A DNA stretch of 64,000 bases from Candidatus Woesearchaeota archaeon (GCA_046704725.1 JBJKRI010000004.1:64001-128000), one strand, 5' to 3'; positions 37,671-51,516 are shown, numbered from the stretch's first letter. Numbers and translations are program-made. Notes: a model not told the origin generated them from the letters alone.

Positions 37671-37960
37671 ACGATGGACGCGGTGAATCCATCGATCGCG
37701 CGAGAGAGCGCCCGATGTGCGGCCTTCTCGATATATCCCAGATCATACGAGAGGTCTATCACAGCGGCCAGCACGCAGACATCTTTTTCCAGCATCTCCT
37801 TCGGCTGCAGATCGCGATCGTATTGGTACGCGTGGATGAGCAGGTCGATGAGGCACGCTTGCAGGACGGCCTGCAGTTCGATGTCTTCCGCGGGAATGAT
37901 GCCATCCACGGGCGGATAGCAGTCGAGCACGAGGTTCCGTGCGGCCTTCGCGACGGTCAT
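37667..37960 (-). CDS. Hypothetical protein, possible four-helix-bundle (IVP/Avd-like)
   Basis: LSYDLGYI motif followed by a terminal helix. Confidence 0.45.
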   Translation of the reverse strand: MTVAKAARNLVLDCYPPVDGIIPAEDIELQAVLQACLIDLLIHAYQYDRDLQPKEMLEKDVCVLAAVIDLSYDLGYIEKAAHRALSRAIDGFTASIV

Positions 37961-38109
37961 GGGAATGGACACGAGACCATGGCTTTTACGCCTGGCGGGC
38001 GCATGTCCGGAAAGAGCCGTGCGGCAAGAGAAGAGGTACGGACAGATAATCAAGAAAAAATGATGTCGTGCATAGGAACGGACCAGCCAAAGACATGGTG
38101 TCAATAACC

Positions 38110-40985
<2,876 letters not shown>

Positions 40986-41195
40986 TTGACCTTCCATATT
41001 TTACTTTGGGATTTGGTCCGTTCCTATGCACGACGTCATGAATATGAGCGATCCGCGCATCAACTGCGTGCGCGCGGGTCATATCTCGGTCTCCCGCCGG
41101 CAGCTTTCGATTGCCGACGAGTCCTCCATCGGAGGCGGTTTCATGAATCGCGGAAAACGGCCGAGCCGAATCCCCACCGCATCGTCCGGAGACGA

Positions 41196-41268
41196 TGGAC
41201 TCGTCGGGAGTCGAACCCGAGGCCTCCCGCTTGCAAAGCGGGCGCTCTACCGACTGAGCTACGAGCCC
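41196..41268 (-). tRNA. tRNA-Ala(TGC) in the rRNA spacer
   Basis: Cloverleaf, G3:U70. Confidence 0.95.
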
Positions 41269-41393
41269 ATCCGGTGGGTTTTCCGCGAAGGATGAATGTG
41301 AGTAGGCGTTTAGGAGCCAGCGCTCTTTCCTGAGCGATTTCACAGGACGCGTGGTATGCGTCCGATTGTTGTTCCATATTCTTGAGGAATATG

Positions 41394-42865
<1,472 letters not shown>

Positions 42866-43111
42866 TCATTGGAAACGATCGCACGCTCATATTTGGAATT
42901 AGCGCTGTTACACGCTCCTAAACGACCTACAAGTACCGAACCGCGGGTCCGGCACGCGAGCACGCCGTCAAGTTGCACACAACAGCGCTACTCAGACGCT
43001 CCTTGCGGAGCTGCACGTCCGGCCAAAGCCGGACCGGTGGTGATTGTACGCCATCGCACTGCGCGGCGCACATCCAGGGCGAAACTCAGGCCATTTAAAA
43101 GGCTTGCGGTG

Positions 43112-43852
43112 TCAGCTCCGCTCCGTCTTCTTCAGCCAGGCCTCGAACTCCGGAAAACGGACTGGTTTTGGGATCCAAGGCGCATCAAGAAACGTCTTCA
43201 TCACTCGCACCGCGGTCCTAATGGACCGTTCAGGATACGAATTGATCCTTCCTCCTGAGGTTCCAAGAGAGACCACTGTGCATCGCTCGACAGTGTCGTA
43301 CGACACCGCTACCGACACCAGATCCGTCTGGTCGAACAGATCCGAGAGCAGATCTCTCATTTGTGTATGGCCGAACTGATGGTGCAAGAGCAGCACAGAC
43401 CCTTCTGAGACTATCACCAACGGCCGGATCATACCATCAGAGATGTATGCCTTCCACAACGGACGCGTGATGCTCTCGGGCAGGTCGTGGAGCCTGCTCA
43501 GCCGTTCGGACGCGAGCATCTTCACAGCGGCGGCTGCATGGGAGAGCGGTCCGCCGCTCTGCATCCGCGAAGCCGATTCCAAGACCGTCGTATCGAGGTC
43601 GCGGACACGCGCGAATTTCACGAAGAGCGCAGCGGCTTGACGCAGCTCATTATCGACTATCGAGAGGAGGCGAAACTGCGGGTCATCGACCCAGAATTGA
43701 GCCGTGGCGTGCACGACCTGCGTCTGTTGGACGAACCGCTCAATATCCGCTGCATGAAGCCGACCCAGCGAGCCTTCGGAAAAGACGCGAGCAGCGGCGT
43801 CATGCAGGGCGGAGAAGCTCGCATGCAGAAAGATGGCATAATCCGCAAACAT
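43112..43852 (-). CDS. Hypothetical protein
   Basis: Long ORF with TTTTAAAA box upstream. Confidence 0.55.
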   Translation of the reverse strand: MFADYAIFLHASFSALHDAAARVFSEGSLGRLHAADIERFVQQTQVVHATAQFWVDDPQFRLLSIVDNELRQAAALFVKFARVRDLDTTVLESASRMQSGGPLSHAAAAVKMLASERLSRLHDLPESITRPLWKAYISDGMIRPLVIVSEGSVLLLHHQFGHTQMRDLLSDLFDQTDLVSVAVSYDTVERCTVVSLGTSGGRINSYPERSIRTAVRVMKTFLDAPWIPKPVRFPEFEAWLKKTERS

Positions 43853-43924
43853 ACTGTTGACCCGCAATTCGGGGTTTTAAAAGGTTCTCAAAACCTGCTT
43901 GTTCCTGCGACGACGCATCTCCTT

Positions 43925-44373
43925 CTAGAACGAGAGGTCGTCATCATCATCAATGGCTGGCTGCTGGGTGCGCGTCTCCTTCTCTCTTGCCAAGCGATGG
44001 GATTCGAGCATCCATCGGGTCGCGGCTTCGTAGAGACGCTGGTTCTTCTCGAGCAGGATCATGGCTTCCTCTCCAAGTGCATAACGGGCTTGAGGGGTGA
44101 CTGCAAGGCGATACACGTACACCTCCTTCCCTTCAGAGTCATCAGGAATCGTCCGTCTCTGTAGACGTGATTTTCCAGCATCTGCTCAAGAAGCGGCATG
44201 AATCTTCGGCCGCATGCGGAGTCTCCTTCACAGGAAACCTGGTACGTGCCCAGCATCGGAAAATCCTCTGGAGGATTCCAGCCCGGTTCTTCAAGGAATT
44301 GCTGGTCCGGCACAAAGTGCGCTGTGACGATCTTCTCGTTGAGCGTTCCGGCATAAATACACGAAAAAACCAC
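43925..44373 (-). other. Two overlapping ORFs, possibly one frameshifted gene
   Basis: ORFs 44059-44373 and 43925-44122 overlap by 64 nt, just after a GAAGGGAAGGAGG run. Confidence 0.35.
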
Positions 44374-44399
44374 AGAAAGTATTTATCACTGCCGGATGC

Positions 44400-44501
44400 T
44401 TATTTGTTCCTGCGGCGGCGCTTCTCTTTCTTCATGCGCTTGCGCTGCCACTTCCAGCGCATCTGGCCCTTCTTCTTCCAGCGTCGGGAACTGCGTTTCA
44501 T
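44400..44501 (-). CDS. rpl41e: Ribosomal protein L41e (eS32), not in ORF track
   Basis: Read by hand: MKRSSRRWKKKGQMRWKWQRKRMKKEKRRRRNK. Confidence 0.88.
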   Translation of the reverse strand: MKRSSRRWKKKGQMRWKWQRKRMKKEKRRRRNK

Positions 44502-44553
44502 CTGCTCGTGGCGAATCGCAGGCGGTTTTTAAAGCTGTGGGTTCCGCGGACTC

Positions 44554-44805
44554 TCAGATGCCGAAGCTATCGAAGAGCTCTTGCGCCCTGCGGTACTGCG
44601 CGAGGAAGCGACGGCCCTTCTCGGTGATGTTGATGAGGTCGTTTTTCTGTTCGACCAGGCCCGATTCCTCGAGCTCCTCGAGGAGCTTTTTCATGCGAGG
44701 ATGCGAGAGGTTCGCCTTGTAGAGCAGGTGCGTCGGCTTGCGGGGCTTCTCCGAGAGGACGGACAACATGTCCGCGATCGTTTCGCGCTTGGTGCGTTTA
44801 GCCAC
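44554..44805 (-). CDS. Winged-helix DNA-binding protein
   Basis: T.LLYKANLS, L.ESGLV, ITEKGRRFL. Confidence 0.88.
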   Translation of the reverse strand: MAKRTKRETIADMLSVLSEKPRKPTHLLYKANLSHPRMKKLLEELEESGLVEQKNDLINITEKGRRFLAQYRRAQELFDSFGI

Positions 44806-45433
44806 GGGTCACCCTCCACGCCATGGCGAACAGCAAGAAGAAGCCGAGAAGGCGCAACGACAAGAAGATGAGGTGCGGCAGTTGGCCGAACGGGATGAGG
44901 AGCGCCGCAACGTGCGACGCCATCAACGAGAAGAAGCCGAGATAAACGAGCAAGGCGTTGGTGCTGTTGCGCTTGAGGAAATTCTTCCAGAAACGATAGG
45001 AGAGCAGTCCGAGCAAAACGACAGCAAGGATGTGCGTGACCAAGAAGACGTCCGTCGCGAGAAAGACCGTGAACGCGACGAGCACGAACACGAGCACCCA
45101 CATCGAGCGGTTGCGAACGTTCTCGACCACAAGGAGCAAGAGCGTGTATGCCGCGAGGATGCACAAGGACGCCATCAGCAAGAGCAGTTTGTGCGAGAGC
45201 GGGACCGTGGGCATGCCGGTCACGAAACCCATGTTGATGGTTGTCACGTCCTGCAGGACGTCGGTCAGCAGCCGGAACAGGATGCCCAGGCTGATGAGCG
45301 AGAACGACGTGAGAAAGACGAGGGAGCGATTGCTCTTGATGACGCGGTGGGCGCGGAACGCCTGGAACGCCATGGCGATCGCCGCCGCGAAGGCGACCAG
45401 GTCGAGTCCCACAAGGATTGACGACAGGCTCAT
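44798..45433 (-). CDS. Multi-pass (about 7 TM) membrane protein
   Basis: Repeated hydrophobic segments; overlaps the wHTH gene. Confidence 0.75.
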   Translation of the reverse strand: MSLSSILVGLDLVAFAAAIAMAFQAFRAHRVIKSNRSLVFLTSFSLISLGILFRLLTDVLQDVTTINMGFVTGMPTVPLSHKLLLLMASLCILAAYTLLLLVVENVRNRSMWVLVFVLVAFTVFLATDVFLVTHILAVVLLGLLSYRFWKNFLKRNSTNALLVYLGFFSLMASHVAALLIPFGQLPHLIFLSLRLLGFFLLFAMAWRVTRG

Positions 45434-45470
45434 GCGCGGACTCCCGAAACCGGGATTATAAACGTAGCGG

Positions 45471-45893
45471 TCACTCGCTGACGTCGACGACCGTGATCTC
45501 GAAGGTGAGGTCCTTTCCGGCCAGAGGATGGTTCAGGTCTATCGTTCCTGACTTGTCTGTCACTTTCACGACGCGCGCGGGGACCTGCTGGCCGTTCGGC
45601 AGCTGGACTCCCAAGACCATGCCCTCCTTGACGCCCTCGGGCAGACGTTCCTTCGGCACTTCCTGGACGAGCTCGTCGCGGGGCTGGCCGTAGGCGTTGT
45701 CGGCCGGTATCGTGACCTTCTTGGACTCTCCTTTCTTCATGCCGCGCACCGCATCCTCGAAACCGGGGATGACCTGCTTGTCACCGACCTTGAAGGAGAT
45801 GGGATCCTTTCCCTCGGAGCTGTCGAAGACCTCTCCGTCGGCGAGGGTTCCTTTGTAATCGACCTTGACCGTGTTACCGTCTGTGATTGCCAT
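45471..45893 (-). CDS. FKBP-type peptidyl-prolyl isomerase, short SlyD type
   Basis: DGEVFDSS, VIPGFE, DLNHPLAGKDL. Confidence 0.93.
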   Translation of the reverse strand: MAITDGNTVKVDYKGTLADGEVFDSSEGKDPISFKVGDKQVIPGFEDAVRGMKKGESKKVTIPADNAYGQPRDELVQEVPKERLPEGVKEGMVLGVQLPNGQQVPARVVKVTDKSGTIDLNHPLAGKDLTFEITVVDVSE

Positions 45894-45983
45894 GGGAATG
45901 ACCGACCGAATGGCGCTCGCCTTATCAATGTTTGGGCATGGAAAGAGGGAAATGCTTAAGACACGGGGTCCCGCGGGGACCGC

Positions 45984-46547
45984 ATGGACGATTGGGAGCG
46001 GCTCATGCAGGGCATGCGGACGTCGCTTGCCGACCTGTACGGGCCGGATACGAAGGTGGTCGTTGGACGCGGCGGACGGCACCCCCGCATCGTGTTCGTC
46101 GGCGAGGCGCCAGGCGCCGAGGAGGACCGGCAGGGACTGCCCTTTGTCGGGCGTTCCGGACAGCTGCTGGAGAACTGGATACAGTATCTTGGCCTGGGAA
46201 AAGACCAGTACTATATCACGAACGTCGTGCGATGCAGACCGCCGGACAACCGGGACCCGACCAAGGACGAGGTCCGACGTTGCGCGCCGTTCCTCGACAA
46301 GCAACTGGCATTGCTCGAGCCAAAGGTGATCGTGTGCCTGGGGCGTTTCGCCATGCAACACTTTTTGCCGCACGCGAAAAGCATCTTGCGCGAAAGCGGG
46401 AAGCTCCAGCAAGGACGTTACTACGTCGTGCCGCACCCCAGCTATTTCCTGCGTCTCGGCGGGACGGGCTGGGAGCCCTACCTCGAGCAGCTGCGACGGA
46501 TACTCGGCGGCGAGAAGAGCGGCGAGACGCAAGAGAAACTGTTCTGA
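45984..46547 (+). CDS. Uracil-DNA glycosylase family 4
   Basis: GEAPG..ED, PFVGRSG, CRPP.NR, HPS. Confidence 0.92.
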   Translation: MDDWERLMQGMRTSLADLYGPDTKVVVGRGGRHPRIVFVGEAPGAEEDRQGLPFVGRSGQLLENWIQYLGLGKDQYYITNVVRCRPPDNRDPTKDEVRRCAPFLDKQLALLEPKVIVCLGRFAMQHFLPHAKSILRESGKLQQGRYYVVPHPSYFLRLGGTGWEPYLEQLRRILGGEKSGETQEKLF

Positions 46548-46566
46548 CAGAAAAATTCCATGAGCC

Positions 46567-46968
46567 TCATCCAAGGAGTTTGACGAACACCGAAGGGGGT
46601 CCGGGCTCCACTAAGACACGAATCCATGTGGTCTTGAGCGCGAAGTGCCGGCGTCTTTCCGTGAAACGGCTCGGCTTTCCCCGTCTCTCGTCCAGGATCC
46701 GCTTGGCCGCTGATTGGTCTGCGCACTCCTCAGCGATTCCCTGCACCTGCACGGTCCGCGAGCCGTTCGAGATCGCCAGCGCCGCTTGCGGATTGGCCTC
46801 GAGGTTCGCGTACTTCCTGTAGTCGGTCTGCGTATCGAAATAGAACACCCCATCACGATAGGCGAAGAAGATCGTCGCTGCCTCGGGAACCGCGTCCGTG
46901 CTAGCAGTGGCAATCGTCGCATGCCGGGTACCGGACACGATCTCCTCGAACACTCGCTGCGCGTCCAT
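46567..46968 (-). CDS. Pyridoxamine 5'-phosphate oxidase-like (split barrel) protein
   Basis: ATIAT, RKYANLEANP, VQVQG.A. Confidence 0.82.
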   Translation of the reverse strand: MDAQRVFEEIVSGTRHATIATASTDAVPEAATIFFAYRDGVFYFDTQTDYRKYANLEANPQAALAISNGSRTVQVQGIAEECADQSAAKRILDERRGKPSRFTERRRHFALKTTWIRVLVEPGPPSVFVKLLG

Positions 46969-47026
46969 TCGCGTATGACTCGGTTCCAGATATATAAGCG
47001 CTTGGAAGCGAATGATGCGGGCAGGA

Positions 47027-47097
47027 TGCACCCTGCGGGAATCGAACCCGCGCCTCAGCCTTGGCAAGGCCGTGTCATACCACTAGACTAAGGGTGC
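47027..47097 (-). tRNA. tRNA-Gly(GCC)
   Basis: Cloverleaf, anticodon loop TT GCC AA. Confidence 0.95.
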
Positions 47098-47132
47098 CTT
47101 GGCGTGCGCAAACCCCATGCGGTTTAAAAACA

Positions 47133-47654
47133 TTACTTCCGCTTGCCATAGACGGTGACGGCGCGCTCGAAGCTGACCTTGTCGGTCGCATCCCGCAGGT
47201 CCCCGTTATCGAGATAGGAGGAGAGGTCTATGCGTTTTTCTCGCACCTTGTTGCGGCGTGGCATGACACGCCACACCTCGCACGGAACGCCCCACGCGCA
47301 CAAGCGCTCCATCGTGAGCAATTGATGCGGCATGATGCGCTCGTTGCCGAGCTTGACCTCGACCGCGAGGACGCCGCGGCCCGCGTGGGCGGCGAGGAAA
47401 TCCGGCGTTCCGTGATGACGAGCACAGTACTTGGCGATACGGATACAACCTCGCACGCCGACCTGACGCACCAACGCCCACCAGACGAAACCCGACGTGT
47501 CGAGCTCGAAGAACGCGTCCAAGAGGAAACCGCGCACGGTCAGGTAGCCGCGCTTGCGCAGTTCCTGACGGACGACACGTTCGGACAATGCACGCACGCT
47601 GCTGTATTCATCCTTCGGCTTTCTGAGCGTGAGGTAACGGACGGGAATCTCCAT
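47133..47654 (-). CDS. VRR-NUC / PD-(D/E)xK nuclease
   Basis: GTPDFL...VEVK......Q motif. Confidence 0.75.
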   Translation of the reverse strand: MEIPVRYLTLRKPKDEYSSVRALSERVVRQELRKRGYLTVRGFLLDAFFELDTSGFVWWALVRQVGVRGCIRIAKYCARHHGTPDFLAAHAGRGVLAVEVKLGNERIMPHQLLTMERLCAWGVPCEVWRVMPRRNKVREKRIDLSSYLDNGDLRDATDKVSFERAVTVYGKRK

Positions 47655-47708
47655 GCAGCGACCGGGAAACACCTATTCACATTGTTTACGCGCGTGCGTG
47701 TCCTGTGG

Positions 47709-48911
47709 CTAGAACGTGAACTTGCCGTCCTCGTAGATGATGCGCTCGGAGCCGTCGGCGAGCGTCGCTGTAACTGTGCGCGGCGCTGTCGACACGATGT
47801 CCGTGTGCACGACGCTCTCGTTGTAGCCGAGGCGGTCCCATTCCTTCTTCGGCACGTCAGAGGGCTTGTCGGGGTGCGCGTCCTTGTAGGCGCGCCCGAG
47901 CGCGAGATGGAAGTTCCCGTTGGGCCCGCCCACGTTCTCGTCATAGAGCGTCTCCGCCATGAAATGCGTGATGCGCGACAAGCCACCGTCGGTGAGCGAT
48001 ATCTCGCCGGCCTTGTCCGCGTTCTCGACCGCGAGCATCTCCTTGAGGACTTCCTCGCCCTCCTCCGCGTGCGCCTCCACGACGACGCCCTTCTCGAAGC
48101 GGAGCGTGACGCCCGTGATACGATTGCCGTAGCGATAGAGCGGCTCGGTGAAGGTCACCGTACCTTCCGTGCGGCGCCAATCCGGGCTCGTGTAGACCTC
48201 GAAGCTCGGGATGTTGCTGCCCGTCGCGCCGAGCCATTGACGCCCCTCGCCAAGACCGATGACAAGGTCCGTTCCCTCCGCCTCGAAATGCAAGGAATCG
48301 ATCTCCATCGCATCCAATGCCTTCTTGACACGGTCGATCTCCTCCTGGATAGAACGCCACTTCGCGACGGGATCCTCCTCATCGAGATAGCAGGCCTTGA
48401 TGATCTGCTCCCAATACTCCTCAAGAGACGTCCCGACCTCCTTGGCCATCTTCTCCGTGCCATACAGGCCGATCGTCCAATGGAAGTCGCCGCGCGCCTC
48501 CTTCTCCTCCTGCCACTCCTGCATGGGTTTGAAGGCGACGCTGCGGCGCATGATGCGCTCTGGCGGGATGCCCTCGAGCGCGTGCTTGTCCGTCTCAGCC
48601 TCGATATGGATGGCGTGGTCGGCCTGCTCGACGACCCCTTTGGCATACGCGGCGGGAAAGAACGTGAGCTGCTCGTCGTTCGCGAGCTCGTAGAAGTCCC
48701 GTTCGACGCCATCCGGATAGTATCGCAATAGCGGGTGGGCACCAGCCTTGAGCACCGCCCGCCGCAACGCGACAAGCATCGGCTTTGCACAGTCAGGCAC
48801 CGTGAGGAGCACGACCTCGCCGGGCTTGACGCCAGCACCGTCGTTGAGGCCGTAGTTGACGAGGACATCGGCGTATTTCCTCAGAATCTCCGCAGGTGGT
48901 TCGTAGCTCAT
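47709..48911 (-). CDS. Aminopeptidase, M29 (AmpS/AmpT) family
   Basis: NIPSFEVYTSP, TLYDEN, HLALG.AY, NESVVHTD. Confidence 0.93.
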   Translation of the reverse strand: MSYEPPAEILRKYADVLVNYGLNDGAGVKPGEVVLLTVPDCAKPMLVALRRAVLKAGAHPLLRYYPDGVERDFYELANDEQLTFFPAAYAKGVVEQADHAIHIEAETDKHALEGIPPERIMRRSVAFKPMQEWQEEKEARGDFHWTIGLYGTEKMAKEVGTSLEEYWEQIIKACYLDEEDPVAKWRSIQEEIDRVKKALDAMEIDSLHFEAEGTDLVIGLGEGRQWLGATGSNIPSFEVYTSPDWRRTEGTVTFTEPLYRYGNRITGVTLRFEKGVVVEAHAEEGEEVLKEMLAVENADKAGEISLTDGGLSRITHFMAETLYDENVGGPNGNFHLALGRAYKDAHPDKPSDVPKKEWDRLGYNESVVHTDIVSTAPRTVTATLADGSERIIYEDGKFTF

Positions 48912-49258
48912 CCGAAATAGCCTGGTTTCTTGGCCGTCGCGTGGCTGATGGCCTGCTGCTGCTCGGCTTTCTTCGCCTTCTTGAGCTGGGAGGGCTCGGT
49001 GATCTTTCCGAACTGCTTCTCGTAGACCTTGAGATGCTCCCCAAGGATCTTGTGGAAGGTCTTGCACAAGAAAGGATCCATCATGACCGCGTTGTGCTCG
49101 AGCACGACGGGCAAGCCTTGCTCTGCGCGCACGTCGATGCGCGGCGCGGTGTTCTTGAAGTCGATGATGATCTTCAACGGATTGTTCGTGATGCTGATCT
49201 CGTCCGCGAAGAAGGTGCGGCCGTCGTTGATGTTGAAGGCGATGCTCGGTTCGTCCAT
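48908..49258 (-). CDS. DUF3467-like protein
   Basis: IIDF, MMDP..K.F..IL..HLK.YEKQFGKI. Confidence 0.7.
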   Translation of the reverse strand: MDEPSIAFNINDGRTFFADEISITNNPLKIIIDFKNTAPRIDVRAEQGLPVVLEHNAVMMDPFLCKTFHKILGEHLKVYEKQFGKITEPSQLKKAKKAEQQQAISHATAKKPGYFG

Positions 49259-49281
49259 GATACCACGCAACACGCACGGGT

Positions 49282-49872
49282 TTAAAGGGTTTGCTGCGCC
49301 GCGCGACGACGGGTCCTGAAATACATCATCGTGAAGGGAACCGCCAGCATCACGAAGGCGACGGCCGCAATCTCAAGATCGGCATAATAGGGATGGAACA
49401 GATGGAGAACAATCACCCCAATCCAATAGATGGTCGCCATGAACGGCAGAGCGACCTTCGCGCTCAATAACTTCTTGAACGGCAGGTTGGAGCCGGCAAG
49501 ACGGATGCTATAGAGGACTGCTCCCTCAAGGATGAGCACAAAAATGCCGAAGAGCGCTCCGGTGTACGATGCACGCATGCTCGGATCGGCGAACATGATG
49601 AGCGCGACAGCGCCCACGATGCCACCGAAGGTGAGCAATGGAGCGAGCCGTTCGGCACGCCAGCCCTGATGCAGCGCCAACGACAACGCGAACGGCAGGG
49701 GAACGCCGATGATGATGAACAGCCACCAACCCCACAACTGCGTCACCGCATTGATATGGGACGAGAATTGCGAGAGGGTAGGCGGATTCAATCCGATGAC
49801 AAGCATCGCCCCGGGAATGCCCAAGAGAATCTTGCCCACTTTCTTGCGGAGCGCACTCGTGTCGATGGGCAT
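49282..49872 (-). CDS. Hypothetical multi-pass membrane protein
   Basis: About six hydrophobic segments. Confidence 0.65.
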   Translation of the reverse strand: MPIDTSALRKKVGKILLGIPGAMLVIGLNPPTLSQFSSHINAVTQLWGWWLFIIIGVPLPFALSLALHQGWRAERLAPLLTFGGIVGAVALIMFADPSMRASYTGALFGIFVLILEGAVLYSIRLAGSNLPFKKLLSAKVALPFMATIYWIGVIVLHLFHPYYADLEIAAVAFVMLAVPFTMMYFRTRRRAAQQTL

Positions 49873-49949
49873 GCGTGTCTTTTCCGGCCCGCGGCATTTA
49901 AACGTTGCCCAGACGGCGGACTTATAAGCAAGCACTCGTCCTCAGGAGC

Positions 49950-50075
49950 GGGCCCGTAGCTCAGCCTGGCTTAGAGTGCCGGTCTTATATGAGGCACAAA
50001 GGACATGTCCTTTGGGTTCTCGCCCAATGCCTCTGGGTGAGCCGGTGGTCCGGGGTTCAAATCCCCGCGGGCCCA
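49950..50075 (+). tRNA. tRNA-Ile(TAT) with 50-nt intron (49990-50039)
   Basis: GGGCCCG acceptor and A73; CCGGT CT TAT A|intron|A GCCGG; full BHB (CTTA/TGGG, GAGGCA/TGCCTC). Confidence 0.9.
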
Positions 50076-50076
50076 T

Positions 50077-50733
50077 ATGCGACAGTACAGCCACTTCGTA
50101 CGCCCCGGATACATCGAACTATTCACGGGAACGATGAAGAGCGGCAAGACCAGAGAGCTGCTGCACCGCCTCGACCAGCTGAGCTACCTCGAGAATTGCG
50201 AGTACCTGCTCGTCAAGCCACGCACGGACACGCGATCGAAAGGGGTGTTCACCCGTGACGGCCACGAGATCCCCTGCGCGCTCGTGAAAGCGGCCAGCGA
50301 GATCCCCGCTCTTGTGACGGACGCGCACAGCGTGGTCGCCATCGACGAAGCCCAGTTCTTCGGAGACGATCTCGTGGACGTCACGCTCAGCCTCGCGCGC
50401 GCAGGCATGCACGTGCTCATCGCAGGGCTCGACCTGAACTTCCGCGGCGAGCCGTTCGGACCGATACCCAACATCCTCTGCCACGCCAACGAGGTGCACA
50501 AGCTGTCCGCGGTGTGCGCAGTGCCCGGGTGCGAAAACATCGCACGGCTTCCGCAGCGCCTACGGAAAGGCAAGCCCACACCGTACGACGCGCCCACGAT
50601 CGTGGTCGAGGGGGAGGGCGACGATACCTACGAGCCGCGCTGCATGCACCACTTCGTTATACCTGGAAGCCCGCGCAAGAAGTACCCTGTAAAGGACCGC
50701 TCACTCCTCGATGAAGGGTCTGAGGGCGACTGA
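50077..50733 (+). CDS. tdk: Thymidine kinase
   Basis: GTMKSGKT, IDEAQFF, AGLD.NFRGEPF, YEPRC. Confidence 0.95.
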   Translation: MRQYSHFVRPGYIELFTGTMKSGKTRELLHRLDQLSYLENCEYLLVKPRTDTRSKGVFTRDGHEIPCALVKAASEIPALVTDAHSVVAIDEAQFFGDDLVDVTLSLARAGMHVLIAGLDLNFRGEPFGPIPNILCHANEVHKLSAVCAVPGCENIARLPQRLRKGKPTPYDAPTIVVEGEGDDTYEPRCMHHFVIPGSPRKKYPVKDRSLLDEGSEGD

Positions 50734-51189
50734 CCAGAGACGCGTTTTCTCTTGCCGGGGCATGCTCGCGTAGCGCGGGCTCGTCGAGGGCATGCGCCGG
50801 ACCTGCAATCCGTATCCCTGGAGCTCGCGTCGCATGGCGAATGCACGACCGCCGTTGCATAACGCAGTGTGGAGCTTGGGAGCGCGGCGGAGGATCGAGA
50901 GGTCGATGTTCTTATGGTTCCTGATATTGCTGTCGCTGCTGCCCTCGCAGTCACACGACGCCACGACATCCCACAAGGCGATGCGGTTGCGCTTGAGCGC
51001 TTCGAGACGCTCGGGATATGAAAAGGAGCGCAAATCCACGCTCAGTGCTTCGCCCAGCACGTCCCAGAAGACGTTCTGGGGATGCGCGTAGTATTGCTGC
51101 TGGCGGAGGGACTCCTCGCCGGGGAACGAGCCGAGGATGATGACCCTGGCGTTCTTGTCGATGATGGGAGGAAAGTTCTTTTTGCGCAT
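50701..51189 (-). CDS. DNA-deoxyinosine glycosylase (UDG family 6)
   Basis: ILGSFPGEESL..QQYYAHP.N.FW, PSTSP. Confidence 0.9.
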   Translation of the reverse strand: MRKKNFPPIIDKNARVIILGSFPGEESLRQQQYYAHPQNVFWDVLGEALSVDLRSFSYPERLEALKRNRIALWDVVASCDCEGSSDSNIRNHKNIDLSILRRAPKLHTALCNGGRAFAMRRELQGYGLQVRRMPSTSPRYASMPRQEKTRLWSVALRPFIEE

Positions 51190-51261
51190 ACAGACGAGCG
51201 GACATGCAAGGATATATGCGTGATGCAGCATGCTTTTAAATGGAGGAAGAATCGCTTCAAC

Positions 51262-51516
51262 ATGGATTATGGGCATAACCGGTACGACCCCAAGCCTTCG
51301 CTCTTGAGGCGGACCCTCGAGACCACCGCCGTGCTGGCTTTCATGACGATGGTGACCGCTGTGGGGGTGCATGACCTGTATCGGAGCACCCAGTACCGCC
51401 AGGCGCGGACGCCTGTCGCGCAGACCGTGCAGCGAGCCCGAATCGACAGCACTTATGCAAACACACCAACAACTCCGAAGCCTATATATTCAACCACAAC
51501 GGAGGTCTCGCAATGA
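51262..51516 (+). CDS. Hypothetical single-TM protein
   Basis: One hydrophobic segment; coupled to the next ORF. Confidence 0.45.
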   Translation: MDYGHNRYDPKPSLLRRTLETTAVLAFMTMVTAVGVHDLYRSTQYRQARTPVAQTVQRARIDSTYANTPTTPKPIYSTTTEVSQ

